Source of the DNA: an uncultured Planctomycetia bacterium
GTDB taxonomy: Bacteria; Planctomycetota; Planctomycetia; Pirellulales; Thermoguttaceae
NCBI GenBank assembly: GCA_963804825.1
Contig: CAWDRV010000004.1
Coordinates: forward strand, 271,278-335,277
Direction of reading: 5' to 3'
Length of the DNA: 64,000 bases
Positions 10,981 through 20,839 of the stretch are shown here, piece after piece. The notes beneath the pieces were generated by a model, which saw nothing but the letters and a program-made list of their open reading frames with translations, was not told the DNA's origin and searched no databases. Position 1 is the stretch's first letter; every line of letters begins with the position of its first letter. The position numbers and the translations under genes are program-made.

Positions 10981-12674
10981 ACGAGCGCGCGTGTGAAGCG
11001 GTGGGCATTGATCTGGGTACGACCTACTCGTCGCTGGCGTACATGGATCAGAACATGGTCCCGCGCGTCGTCACCGACAGTTCCGGCCAGTCGGTGATGC
11101 CGAGCGTCGTCTTTTTCGACGCCGACGAGATCATCGTGGGCGAGATGGCACTACAGCAGGCCAAGCTATGCGCCGAGCGGATCGTGCAGTTCATCAAGGT
11201 CCACATGGGCGACATGTGGCGAAAAGAGATTCTCGGCCGCACCCAAACCCCCGAGAGCATCTCCGCCATCATCCTCGGCCAGCTCGTCAAGGAGGCGGAA
11301 CCGCAGATCGGGCCCATCGCCAAGGCGGTGATCACCGTGCCCGCCTACTTCACGGAGAAACGCCGCCGCGCCACGCAGCAAGCGGGCGAAATCGCCGGTC
11401 TGGACGTGATCGGCACCCTCAACGAGCCGATGGCAGCGACCCTCGCCTACGGGTTGCATCGCACCGACCGCGAACAGATCGTCGTCGTCTACGACCTGGG
11501 CGGCGGGACCTTCAACGTCACCGTGGTGCGAATCTCTCCCAACGCGCTCGAGGAACTGGCGACAACCGGCAACCGGCAACTCGGCGGCCGGGACTGGGAC
11601 CAGGTCCTGATCGACTACGTGGCCGACGACTTCCAAAAGAAGCACGGCGCGGATCTTCGCACCGATCCCCAGGCCATGCAAGACCTCTTCCTGGAAACTG
11701 AAAAGGCCAAGAGACGGCTGGGACGAATGGCGAAGACCTCGATGCGCGTTCATGGTTTCGGGCACGATCATCACGTGGAGATCACGCGCGAGAACTTCGA
11801 GGAGCTTACCGCCCACCTCCTCCAGGCCACCAAGCTGACCACCGAGATGGCCGTCCGCGACGCGAGGTTGAAATGGAGCCAGGTGGCGCGGGTTGTCCTC
11901 GTCGGCGGCTCGACGCACATGCCGGCGGTGCGGGAGATGCTAAAGAAAGTCAGCGGGCAGCCGCCCGACGTGGGCGTCAATCCCGTCGTGGCGGTGGCGC
12001 TGGGGGCGGCCATCTACGCGCACATGCTGGAAACCGGCCATGCGATGAAGGCCATCCAGCAACGTGCCGCCACGGACACCGAAGAGCCGGCCCGCGCGGA
12101 GGAACCGCGGATCTTCGTCACGCCTCCGCCCGTCCCCGAGGTCCCCGGGGTGCCGACCGTCCGCTTCGTCACCGCCCACGGCGTGGGCGTGAAGGCCCAG
12201 GCCGGCACCTCGACGCGATGGGTCAACAAGGTGCTGATTCACAAGAACACCCGCGTCCCCTGCCAGACCACGATGCAGTTCCGCACGCGGAGGACGGGGC
12301 CGAATTCGGACATCAAGATCTGCATCACCCAGGGGGACACGACCGATGTCGCCGTGGCGGAGCAGTTGGGCATCGGAACGATCAGCGGCTTGCCACCCGA
12401 CGAGCCCGACGGCCAACCGGTCAATATCACGATGGAGTTCGACGCCCAGGGGCGCCTGCACATTCGCGCCATCTACGTGCCGCGGAACCAGCAGATGCAG
12501 ATGTCGCTGGAGATCCCCGGCGGACTCCGCCCGGAGGAAGTGGTCGAGCATCGCCGCTTCCTGGAGAGCACCGGCTTCTTCCAGGCCCCGGCCGCAGAGC
12601 CGCCGCTGGTGGCGCTGGAGAACGCCGATGACGACGATGACGACGACATCTCGCTCCTGGAGGCGATTGAATGA
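10977..12674 (+). CDS. Hsp70-family chaperone lacking the alpha-helical lid (HscC-like), acidic C-terminal tail
   Basis: NBD motifs GIDLGTTYS, DLGGGTFNV and VLVGGSTHMPAV. SBD-beta-like region (IHKNTRVP...ISGLPPDEPDGQPVNITMEFDAQGRLHIRA) but no lid. Ends DDDDDDDISLLEAIE. 565 aa, intact. Confidence 0.85.
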   Translation: MNERACEAVGIDLGTTYSSLAYMDQNMVPRVVTDSSGQSVMPSVVFFDADEIIVGEMALQQAKLCAERIVQFIKVHMGDMWRKEILGRTQTPESISAIILGQLVKEAEPQIGPIAKAVITVPAYFTEKRRRATQQAGEIAGLDVIGTLNEPMAATLAYGLHRTDREQIVVVYDLGGGTFNVTVVRISPNALEELATTGNRQLGGRDWDQVLIDYVADDFQKKHGADLRTDPQAMQDLFLETEKAKRRLGRMAKTSMRVHGFGHDHHVEITRENFEELTAHLLQATKLTTEMAVRDARLKWSQVARVVLVGGSTHMPAVREMLKKVSGQPPDVGVNPVVAVALGAAIYAHMLETGHAMKAIQQRAATDTEEPARAEEPRIFVTPPPVPEVPGVPTVRFVTAHGVGVKAQAGTSTRWVNKVLIHKNTRVPCQTTMQFRTRRTGPNSDIKICITQGDTTDVAVAEQLGIGTISGLPPDEPDGQPVNITMEFDAQGRLHIRAIYVPRNQQMQMSLEIPGGLRPEEVVEHRRFLESTGFFQAPAAEPPLVALENADDDDDDDISLLEAIE

Positions 12675-12695
12675 CTGGGCCGGCACCCTCGGCGC

Positions 12696-13127
12696 TCACC
12701 GTGACCCGCTGACGGACCCTTTCTCCAAGCACTCGACGACGCGGGCGCGGAGGCTGTCGCGGCTCGACTGGGCATCCTCCTTGCACACCACCGGGACGCC
12801 GATCATCCGCTCCAACTCCTCCCGCGTCGTCAACGCATCGGTCAAGGCCGAAGTGTAGACGATGATCGGCAAGTTGGGCTGCGTGCGGCGCAGGCGGGCG
12901 CAGACGGCGGCCGCGTCGTCCAGCGGCTGGGTGCCCGGCATGAGGTGGTCCAAGATCAGCAGGTCGACGCCCCCTTGCGCAAGGCGCGCCAGCGCAGACT
13001 CGAAGTCGTCGGCAAACTCCACCTCGTACTTGGGGGAAAACAGCGCCGATACATATTGCCGCCAGCCGCGCTCGTCGTCGGCGTGCAAGATCACCTTTCG
13101 TCGTTCAGTCATCGTCAATCTCCTCAC
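12696..13127 (-). CDS. Response regulator receiver (CheY-like) protein
   Basis: KVILHADDE...DLLILDHLMPG...IIVYTS receiver-domain pattern. Overlaps the 3' end of the upstream histidine kinase gene (operon). Confidence 0.7.
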   Translation of the reverse strand: MRRLTMTERRKVILHADDERGWRQYVSALFSPKYEVEFADDFESALARLAQGGVDLLILDHLMPGTQPLDDAAAVCARLRRTQPNLPIIVYTSALTDALTTREELERMIGVPVVCKEDAQSSRDSLRARVVECLEKGSVSGSR

Positions 13128-14889
13128 AAGTTGGTGCTTTCGATCCTGCGCGGTATTGCGCGTAATCGGGAATGATCGTCAAACGTGGTCGGATGGCCTC
13201 GACGGCCGCGAGGCGTGCCTCTTCGGTCTTGGGCAGGCTGAAGGAGACCACCGTGCCGGGCGCATACGTGCCTTGCGGCTCGGTCGAGGTGGCGATCCGC
13301 ACCTGGCCGCCGAGTCGCCCGACGATATCGGCGACCAGGTAGACTCCCAGTCCCATGCCTTGCCTGTTCTCCCCCGTCACGAAGGGATTGCCCAATTGAT
13401 CGAGAATTCCGCAGGGAATCCCGCCGGCGTCGTCGCAGACGCTCATCAGACAGAAGCGGCGGGGGGCGTCGAAATCGTCGCCGGAGACGAGCTGGATGGT
13501 CCCGCTCCGTTTTTCGTGCCGGCGCCATGCCTCGTGCAGCACGCACAAGGAGTTCTTCACGCAATTGACCAGCACCTGCTGGACGGCCGGCTGGTCAATG
13601 ACCGCGCGGTGCGACTCGCGGCAGGCGTTCACCAGTTTCACGTCGGCCCGGTGCGCTTGATCGAGGAAGTATCGCTGGCACATGTCGAGCACTTCGTCGG
13701 CCACGACGCGGAGCGCGACTTCGCGCGGCTGCAAGTCGCCCAGGCCGGTGCGGGCCCGGCGGATCGCATCGCGGGTGATCTGGCGGAGGAAGACCAGGTC
13801 CTGCTTGACAAATTGCCAGGAGGGGTCTTGGGCCAGGGCGGGAAAGCCCTGTTCCACGCCGATCATGTTCTTTCCCAGGGCGTCGAGTACCGGTCGGGCG
13901 TCGTGCGACAGCCCACTGACGGCCTCGCCGGCCGCGGCCGCCGCCCGCCAGCGGCTGCGCTGCTCGGCGTCGGCGGCCCGATTGATCAGCAACGAGGCCA
14001 CGGTCCCCAGCAAGCAGAGCAACTGGGTGTCACGGCGCGTCAGCGGCCGGCCTTGACCGGCGATCGTGTGGATCTGCAAGAAACCGTGGATGGCGCCCAC
14101 CCGCCACAGCGGCAGGCACACGCAGGAGTCCATCGTCCGGCGCAGCACGCTGGGGGCGTCGGGGAGCGACGTGCCGGTGCCGTAAAACAGCGGTTTCTTT
14201 TGGGCGTAGGTCTGCGCCAGGATGTGAAAGCTGTACTTCGCCTCGACTCCCTGGTCGGCGCCGCGGCGGGGCGCGAAAACCACGCTGCCGATGTCGATGG
14301 ACCCGGGCTGCAACTGCTCACCGCAACCGGGCAGCAAGTCGATCAGCACCACGTAGGCGGCATCGGGAAAAACCTTGGCCAAGGCGTCGCAGATGGCCGC
14401 CCGCGTCTCCTGCATGCTGGTCGCATCCAGCGAGGGCAGGTCGAGAAACGCCCGCAACTGGGCAATCTGCTGCGCCGCCAGGGGCACTTCCTCGTGCGGT
14501 CCCTGGTGGTTCGCGTCCACCGACATGGTGCCCAGGTAATCGCCCTCGTCGCCGCGCGACATCTGGGCCGCCTCGGCCGTGACCGCCTCGACCAGGATCG
14601 TGGTGTTTCCCAAAATGATCTCGTCGTCGCTCTTGACTTCCCAGTCCGATTTCAGCGGTCCCAGCCAAATCGTCTCGCCGCCGCTGCGGACGAACGAGCC
14701 GTTACGGCTCAAGAGGTCGCGGTAGAGGCAGCGGGCGCCGATGTAGAGGAACTCGCCGTGCAGGTGCGAAACCTTGTTGTCCTTGAGCACGAGGTCGCAG
14801 TCCGCCCAGCGCCCGACGCTCACGACGCCCTGCCGGGTCTTGATCTGCTCGCCCTTGTCCGGCCCCTTGGTCACGCGAATATGGATCAT
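13105..14889 (-). CDS. Sensor histidine kinase with FHA and GAF domains
   Basis: N-terminal FHA (GRWADCDLVLKDNKVSHLHGEF), central GAF-like region, HisKA (LSHDARPVLDAL), HATPase_c (GMGLGVYLVADIVGRLGGQVRIAT). 594 aa, intact. Confidence 0.8.
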   Translation of the reverse strand: MIHIRVTKGPDKGEQIKTRQGVVSVGRWADCDLVLKDNKVSHLHGEFLYIGARCLYRDLLSRNGSFVRSGGETIWLGPLKSDWEVKSDDEIILGNTTILVEAVTAEAAQMSRGDEGDYLGTMSVDANHQGPHEEVPLAAQQIAQLRAFLDLPSLDATSMQETRAAICDALAKVFPDAAYVVLIDLLPGCGEQLQPGSIDIGSVVFAPRRGADQGVEAKYSFHILAQTYAQKKPLFYGTGTSLPDAPSVLRRTMDSCVCLPLWRVGAIHGFLQIHTIAGQGRPLTRRDTQLLCLLGTVASLLINRAADAEQRSRWRAAAAAGEAVSGLSHDARPVLDALGKNMIGVEQGFPALAQDPSWQFVKQDLVFLRQITRDAIRRARTGLGDLQPREVALRVVADEVLDMCQRYFLDQAHRADVKLVNACRESHRAVIDQPAVQQVLVNCVKNSLCVLHEAWRRHEKRSGTIQLVSGDDFDAPRRFCLMSVCDDAGGIPCGILDQLGNPFVTGENRQGMGLGVYLVADIVGRLGGQVRIATSTEPQGTYAPGTVVSFSLPKTEEARLAAVEAIRPRLTIIPDYAQYRAGSKAPTCEEIDDD

Positions 14890-14917
14890 GGTTGCAGTCC
14901 CCGATGAGCGAGGCGAT

Positions 14918-16333
14918 TTACTTGCGCCGCCATTTCTGCAACTCGTCTCTGGCCGCGTCTTCCGTCTTCTTGGCGACGATCTTTGTTACCCAGTCGGGGT
15001 GGGAAGCCGATATCCGCCGATTCGAGCTGGCCCGTTGGGACTTCAACTCCTTGATCTGCTTTCTCGACTCGCTGCGCACCTCGTCGAGCGTGCCGGAGAT
15101 GACGTCGCCCCAGAGGAGTTTGCCTTTCTGGAACACGCCGACGACGTAGTATTTCTCGGATCCTTCCGGCTTGGCCAGCGGCTTCTTGCCGTCCTTTGCC
15201 GAGCGCCCGATGGCTGCGAAGTTGTCCACGCCGTCGGAGCCGCGCGAAGCGGCGGCCGTCACTTCGACGGCCACGCTGTCCCAATACGAGATCCCTGCCG
15301 GGTCCGTGACGGTGATTCTTACTCGATAGGACCCAGGTTCAGAGTACTCGTGCAACGCGGCGACGGAGCCGGCCGGATTACTGCCGGCAGAGCCGTCGGC
15401 CGGCGCGGAACAACTTGCCCTGACCGTTGCAGGTTGCACCTGACCGCCGTCGCCCCAGTCAATGGCGGCCGTACACCGACCACTGTCTTCCGGAAGCCAA
15501 ACGCTCGCTCGGACAAGCACCCGCGTGCCCGATTGAGCCGAAATCAATTTCCTCTCGGCGGTCACGACCAGGGGTGCACTGACAACGGAAATCCTGCTCC
15601 CCGCCCCACCGTGGTCGCCGCCTCGATTGGTGATCAACACCGATGCCATGTACGCGCCCTTGTGGGCATAGCGGTGCGTCGCGGAAACAGTCCCCTTGAT
15701 GCGCCCCGGCCGGGCGAACGTGTCCGCCGCCTGTTCGACCACCGTGCCCACCGTGATCACGCCGTCTCCCCACTCGATTTGGGCCTGGTGTGGTGACGAT
15801 AAGCCGGCGTCCTCGAAGGTCACCTGCAACTCCGCCACCCTCCCCTGCGTCACGGTCTGGTCGGCTATCGATTCGACCGCGAGCACTACAGGATGAGGGA
15901 GCGAACGCAAGAAAACGGGTGAAGCCTTTAGCACGATCTTGTCCCAGGTGCTCTCGGTGGCAACCGTGCCTTCGATCCACAGCAGATTGCCTGCGCGCTC
16001 ACGGGAGAAGTCGATCTCGCCAGCATCCGAAATATCGATCTCCAGCACCTGGACAGTCGTATCCGTTTGCCCCGGGGGTGGGCCGACGCAAAGGCGTCTG
16101 TCGTAGGGGCGATACGCTACGAAGCGGGCTGTTCCATGGACGATCGTCCCCGCGGGCGGATGAAATCGCCACGCCCTGGCCAGGTCGTCCGTCTCGACTT
16201 GTCCAGACGCGCTCCGCAGCATCACGATGATATCCCGCAGTTGGACTAGCCGCGCGTGCGGTTCGATGCGAAAGCGGACGTTTCCCGGCGGGGACGGGAC
16301 CGCTTCGCCTTCGATCCGGACCAAATCGCCCAA
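14918..16333 (-). CDS. PKD-domain repeat protein
   Basis: Two WGDG...H.Y...G.Y PKD-like repeats (IEWGDGVITVG...ATHRYAHKGAYMASV; IDWGDGGQVQP...ALHEYSEPGSYRVRITVTD). The N-terminus may instead continue from the upstream J-like ORF via a frameshift near 16290. Confidence 0.6.
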   Translation of the reverse strand: MGDLVRIEGEAVPSPPGNVRFRIEPHARLVQLRDIIVMLRSASGQVETDDLARAWRFHPPAGTIVHGTARFVAYRPYDRRLCVGPPPGQTDTTVQVLEIDISDAGEIDFSRERAGNLLWIEGTVATESTWDKIVLKASPVFLRSLPHPVVLAVESIADQTVTQGRVAELQVTFEDAGLSSPHQAQIEWGDGVITVGTVVEQAADTFARPGRIKGTVSATHRYAHKGAYMASVLITNRGGDHGGAGSRISVVSAPLVVTAERKLISAQSGTRVLVRASVWLPEDSGRCTAAIDWGDGGQVQPATVRASCSAPADGSAGSNPAGSVAALHEYSEPGSYRVRITVTDPAGISYWDSVAVEVTAAASRGSDGVDNFAAIGRSAKDGKKPLAKPEGSEKYYVVGVFQKGKLLWGDVISGTLDEVRSESRKQIKELKSQRASSNRRISASHPDWVTKIVAKKTEDAARDELQKWRRK

Positions 16334-17235
16334 GAAAAACCTTCCCTCATCATTCCTGCCGGAAAATCGTGCTGCCAGGCGCGCGAGACAGCGGCGTCTG
16401 GGGTGAAAGCCTCCACCAGGCTCGGCCCCCCAGGATTCGTACTAGGCAAGACCGTGCCGACAAGCACGTGGAGCTCGTTGCCATGGCTGCGAATGTCGAG
16501 CAACTTGCCTTCCCAGGCTTTGTCCTGCGCTGTCGGGGTCACCGTGCCGGACGCTGCTCTCGTCTTGGTGGAAGACGATCCTCGATCAATCGCGCCGGCC
16601 ATCGGGTCGCCGCCGAACCATCCGGCAGCGTGATATCCCGCCAAGGCCAGGATTCCCAGAAGCGTCGTGGCGATCGCAGTCACCCCCCACTCTTTCGTCC
16701 ACAATCCGTGGAAGAGGCGTCTGGACCGCGGTCTGCCGCTCTTGGAGGACGGTTGCAGCGCGGCGTAGGAAGGAGACAAAACCGGTTCGACGGCCTGGGT
16801 TTCGGCAACCCCAAGCACAAGTGTATCGCCCTGTGCCTTCAGAACCGCTTCGGCCACCGCGGGCAACTGGTCCGGCACCACGTTACCTTCCGCTTCCAGC
16901 CACTCCTGCACGCCATCCAAAGACCAAGGCACGCTCGGATCCCCGCAGATCGCACCGTAAGCCTCTCGGAAAGAAGCGACGATCTTCCCGTGGTGCGCCT
17001 CGATCTTTTGCGGGTCGGAAAGAATGTCCTCGGCGCGGCCAAGCTCCCTCTGAAGCTTGACGGCCCGCGCCGCGACCTGCGGATCGGCGTGGTTCTGATA
17101 GGGGAGCAAGTCGGCGTACGCCGTGCGAACGCCTTCGAGCAATTCTTCCCGGTGCGGATCGAATCGCCGTCGGCCCAGCAGATCGTACAAATCCGCAGGC
17201 TGTCGCTCGGTCTTGAGCCAATCGCGAATCGCCAT
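16246..17235 (-). CDS. J-domain-like membrane protein (HPD replaced by HAD), DjlC-like candidate
   Basis: N-terminal DLYDLLGRRRFD...VRTAYADLLPYQNHADPQ...LSDPQK resembles a J-domain but lacks the HPD tripeptide. Internal TM VTAIATTLLGILALAGYHAAGWFGG. The C-terminal tail is low quality. Confidence 0.45.
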   Translation of the reverse strand: MAIRDWLKTERQPADLYDLLGRRRFDPHREELLEGVRTAYADLLPYQNHADPQVAARAVKLQRELGRAEDILSDPQKIEAHHGKIVASFREAYGAICGDPSVPWSLDGVQEWLEAEGNVVPDQLPAVAEAVLKAQGDTLVLGVAETQAVEPVLSPSYAALQPSSKSGRPRSRRLFHGLWTKEWGVTAIATTLLGILALAGYHAAGWFGGDPMAGAIDRGSSSTKTRAASGTVTPTAQDKAWEGKLLDIRSHGNELHVLVGTVLPSTNPGGPSLVEAFTPDAAVSRAWQHDFPAGMMREGFSWAIWSGSKAKRSRPRRETSAFASNRTRG

Positions 17236-17661
17236 GGTTGCCCTTCGTCCAAGCGGCGTCCATGAAGCAACCCCTCCGCCCGCACCGTCGCGGGACGGAC
17301 GGTTTGCGATAAGTCAATTCGCCTCCGCTCTTTGATACGCCACAGCCTGTTCCAGATTTCAGCGTCCCGCCGATGGCTGGCCGCTAGATTACCATTATAG
17401 CCTCGCCGTTGGGGAGGACAATCACCACACCGCGACCGGGGGCGAGCTATCGACGGCGAAGATTCTGCCTTTGGACCGCTTCGGGTCGGATGGCGCAAGT
17501 GTCAGTCGCGAAAGCACTTGCCGAGTGCCTTACCCGCTGCGCAAGTGTGTCACTGGTCTTGCCGGTGGCACACCACCTCGGCCCCGTTATCGTCAGTGCC
17601 ACTCGCCGCCTTGGCGTGAAATACTCATGTCCGGCGGCGCTTAGGTTCCGGGGTGATCATG

Positions 17662-17886
17662 TCAACGCTGGATCGTGCAATTCGGCAATGCCTGCTGGAG
17701 CTTCCGTACACCGGCGTCCGTGACGCTCGTGTTTCGCAGGTCCACGTGCCGCCCGTCTCCGATGCGAAACCCGGCGCGGGAGCGGTGCCGCAGCAACTGC
17801 CGCTCGCCGATCACCTCGCCCAGGGGCGTCGAGTTCAGCAGGCGGACCAGTTCGTTCGGTCGCAGCTGTCGCGGGTCAATCGGCAT
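17662..17886 (-). CDS. Hypothetical small protein (LRR-like C-terminal motif)
   Basis: 74-aa ORF ending VDLRNTSVTDAGVRKLQQALPNCTI. Overlaps the upstream small ORF by 11 nt. Confidence 0.3.
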   Translation of the reverse strand: MPIDPRQLRPNELVRLLNSTPLGEVIGERQLLRHRSRAGFRIGDGRHVDLRNTSVTDAGVRKLQQALPNCTIQR

Positions 17887-18100
17887 TGCTCAACTCCCGC
17901 ACCAACCAGGCAGCGTAATGCACAAGGTTCATTGTCCCGTTGGGGTTGGTCGGTGCGCCTTCGGCGATGTCCGCCTCGAGCATTTCCACAGTGACTGGCC
18001 TCGAACCCGAGGCGGAAAGGATGCGGGCCATATCCGCCAGCCGTAATGCCTGGGGGTTTAATGGGCCGTCCGGCCGTCCTTCAGGGTTAAGGTCACTCAT
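17876..18100 (-). CDS. Hypothetical small protein
   Basis: 74-aa ORF with non-repetitive composition, paired with 17662..17886. Confidence 0.3.
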   Translation of the reverse strand: MSDLNPEGRPDGPLNPQALRLADMARILSASGSRPVTVEMLEADIAEGAPTNPNGTMNLVHYAAWLVRELSNAD

Positions 18101-18248
18101 CAGCGAGCCTTTCGGTGCCCAGCCATTACAAATGAATTACAGAAATCTGGCCCCCGGGCCTCGTAATCCGCTTGATCTTTTTCCGAAAACACGGCTCATG
18201 TGTGGATGTGCGAACGAACATGCGACATCCAACCCAAGGAGAACCAAG

Positions 18249-18599
18249 ATGACCACCAACCGCAAACGGAAAGGAGCCCGCAAGACCAACGCCTACGAGT
18301 TGGGCGACGACCTCGTAATCACCAAGACGACACGTCGGGCCTCCGGCGGCGGAACCTGGGTGTGCGGGACGATCGCCGGATACCGCTTCAACGCCCTGGT
18401 CTTTGCCGAGCACGCCGAATGCCCTGACTACGAGTTGGGCGACAGCCGCATCTCGAAGCTCTGGATCGCCCGGCTCAAGAACAAAGAGACGGTCTTCAAC
18501 TGGGACCGCGGAATGGACCAGCCGGCCACCTCTGCCAAAACGCAGGCGGTGGTCGATTTTCTGGCCGACGGATTGGCCGAACACGTTTACGGCAACTAA
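18249..18599 (+). CDS. Hypothetical protein
   Basis: ATG at 18249 preceded by AAGGAGAACC. 116 aa, [12 protein letters not shown].... Confidence 0.5.
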   Translation: MTTNRKRKGARKTNAYELGDDLVITKTTRRASGGGTWVCGTIAGYRFNALVFAEHAECPDYELGDSRISKLWIARLKNKETVFNWDRGMDQPATSAKTQAVVDFLADGLAEHVYGN

Positions 18600-18634
18600 C
18601 CCCTGTTTCCCTTTTTCCCAAGGAGAATGTGTGA

Positions 18635-19239
18635 TGAAGAAGAACGAAGTGAAGATTGGCAAGGTGTACACCGCGAAGGTGACCAACAAGGTCGTCCAGG
18701 TGCGGATCGATGCGGAGAGCCGGTACGGCGGCTGGGACGCGACCAACCTGACCACCGGCAAGAAGGTCCGTGTCCAGTCGGCCCAGCGCCTGCGGGCGGC
18801 CGTCGGGGGCGACAGTGCCCAGACGGGCGGCAAGAAGGGCAAGGCCACCAAGAAGGCCAAGGCCCCGGCCGAGGCCCAACCGGCGCAAACGTCGGGCCCC
18901 ACGGCCGAAGATACGGCCAAGGACCAGCCGGTCGCCGGCACCGAGCCCGCTGCGGCCGAGAAGGCCGACAAGCCCAAGCGGACGCGGGCCAAGAAGGAGC
19001 CCAAGGAGAAACGCATTAGCGGCCTGGATGCGGCGGCCAAGGTGCTTGAAGAGTCTGGCCAGCCGATGACCTGCAAGGAGATGGTCGAGGCATCCGAGGC
19101 CAAGGGCTACTGGAAGTCGCCCGGCGGTAAGACACCCCACGCGACTCTTTACAGCGCGATCGCCCGCGAGATCAAGGCCAAGGGCGCCGAGGCCCGGTTC
19201 TCCAAGGCCGACCGCGGCAAGTTCACCCGCAAGAGCTGA
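18635..19239 (+). CDS. DNA-binding protein with C-terminal HARE-HTH winged helix and Lys/Ala-rich histone-like linker
   Basis: ATG at 18635 preceded by CCAAGGAGAA. N-terminal KOW/SH3-like region, then a [15 protein letters not shown] linker. C-terminal [34 protein letters not shown] matches the HARE-HTH pattern. Confidence 0.6.
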
Positions 19240-19261
19240 TTTCATTCTCTTCCCTCCTTCC

Positions 19262-19292
19262 AACCCCGGCTAGCCCGGGGTTCTCTTCGGCC
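19262..19292 (+). terminator. Intrinsic terminator-like hairpin (CCCCGGCTAGCCCGGGG + TTCTCTTC)
   Basis: Perfect 7-bp GC stem with a T-rich tail directly after the 18635..19239 CDS. Confidence 0.45.
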
Positions 19293-19416
19293 TGATCGGC
19301 TGGCGGAAGCCGAACTGCCGGATCGACTCGGCCACGGCATCAACAGCGGCATCGTTTTGGCGGGGATTGCCCGGGTAGGGCGTGATTCTTGCCAACTCCC
19401 ATTGCTCGATCTTCAT
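19270..19416 (-). pseudogene. ParB/Srx-like nuclease N-terminal fragment (48 codons)
   Basis: MKIEQWELARITPYPGNPRQNDAAVDAVAESIRQFGFRQPI resembles the ParB N-terminal domain. A premature stop lies inside the terminator hairpin. Confidence 0.4.
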
Positions 19417-20023
19417 ATCGCGTCTCCTCCAGTGCGTAAGTACATTGTTTTCAATGGTTTAGAAAAGTCGGACAAGCAAAAGAAAGTCTGTCTATCCGGG
19501 GGCCTGTTCCCGCGGGCCAATCGGCGACGCAAGTTCCTGGGAGGACCCAAGGCCGGGGGGCCCAAAGCGGATACGCTACGTTGGGCCGTGTTGGGCCGCG
19601 CGCAACGTTGGGGGAAGGGCAAACGGCGCGACACCGGGCCAACGTGCGCAAACGTGGGGCAACAAGGGGCATTGCCTGCGGAGCGGCCGGCCTCCGTCTT
19701 GCCGGCGCCGAGGTGTGCGCCTCTGCGGTTGAATTGTCAGAATATCCAGAGCGCTTTTCGGCAAGGTCGTGCGCGATGGCCAGGGTTGATTGGCGCAGCG
19801 CGGAATGGAGAGCGCGGGAAGCACTACGCATGGCGTCCTCCCGTTGCCTGGATGATAGCGGCGATAGTATCGCGGATCGCAGAGGGAAGAGTGGGCCACG
19901 CGTCGATTACGCTGGCCAGTTGCGGGTCGGCAGGAGGGGTTTCTGGCGAGAGTGCTGCGCCTGTGCTGCGCTTGTTGGAGAAATGCCAGATTTCTCGGGG
20001 TTCTTGGGGTCTTCGTCTAGACT

Positions 20024-20068
20024 CGAAATCAGGTGCCGGGCAACCGGTTGAGGGTTCGAATCCCTTGC
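20024..20068 (+). tRNA. Partial tRNA (3' half of a class-II Ser/Leu-like tRNA): probable att-site remnant
   Basis: GGTGCCGGGCAACCGGTTGAGGGTTCGAATCCCTTGCCCTCCGC is a variable-arm, T-arm and 3' acceptor segment. No matching 5' half upstream. Similar to the 3' ends of array tRNAs at 26218 and 27879. Confidence 0.4.
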
Positions 20069-20319
20069 CCTCCGCTTCGCACTGTCTCGCACTGACTCGC
20101 ACAAGCCCGCAACTCGTAAAGAGTTGGGGCTTGTGCCATTTCTTGGGGGCGGCCTTTCTTCGTCGCACCCCGTCGCATCGTCCAGCACCAAATCGCGCCC
20201 TGAGTGCTGCGCATGCGCTGCGCTTTTTTGGGCCGACCCTGGATCGAAGCCCCCGGTCTTCATGGGCAACCGGAGTACCGGTGCCTCGTCGGTCCCTGTC
20301 GCCCGGAGGGCCATGGGCT

Positions 20320-20839
20320 CGCTGGCCATCATATTCGGCAGCCGGGCGACCGTGGCGGCGTCCTGGCCCGGGAAGAGGTGCCCGTAGGTATCCATCGTCA
20401 GCACGATCGTCGAGTGCCGCATCACCGATTGCACCGCCTTGGGGTGGGCACCGGCCATCGCCAGCCAGGCCCCGCAGGTGTGTCGGAGACTGTGGAAGTC
20501 GAGGAACTCCCCCTCGTGGTTCTTCTCTCCCAGGAAATCGCTCTCTCCCCGCCGCATAGATTCCTTGGCGTCCCGCTTGGCGGCCTTCAGCCAGGCCTGC
20601 CGGGCGTCGGCCACGTCCGCCCGGAACATCGCGGCGACGTCGGGCCGCGGCTTCATGGCCTCGGTACGAAACGGCGAAACTTCCTTCGTCTCTCCTGTCT
20701 TCCACGTTCGCCACGCTTCCTTCCACGTTTCGTATTCGGCGGCCACTGCCTGTTCCATCGCGCTGGCAAAGCCGCCCTCCCGGTAGTGGCCTAATTTGGC
20801 CGGATTCGCCCTAAAAATGGGTGTGACTTTGAAAGCCAA
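20320..20839 (-). pseudogene. Tyrosine recombinase/integrase C-terminal catalytic fragment (N-terminally truncated, stop lost)
   Basis: FHSLRHTCGAWLAMAGAHPKAVQSVMRHSTIVLTMDTYGHLF is the box II H-x-x-R...Y region. About 155 aa of catalytic domain with no N-terminal domain. The ORF then runs about 160 aa beyond the catalytic Tyr as low-quality sequence. Confidence 0.6.

Noticed and set aside
11048-12686. Long ORFs antisense to or overlapping the Hsp70 gene (11166..11918, 11940..12686, 11873..12631, etc.)
   Set aside because: Arg/Gly/Pro-rich low-complexity products typical of spurious ORFs in >65% GC DNA. The sense-strand Hsp70 is unambiguous.
14774-15796. 340-aa plus-strand ORF antisense to the PKD-protein gene
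   Set aside because: Low-complexity product. The minus-strand gene has recognisable PKD repeats.
19824-20726. 300-aa ORF overlapping the integrase fragment in another frame
   Set aside because: Arg/Gly-rich junk for most of its length. Its 'GFEPST' segment is the antisense of the partial tRNA T-loop.
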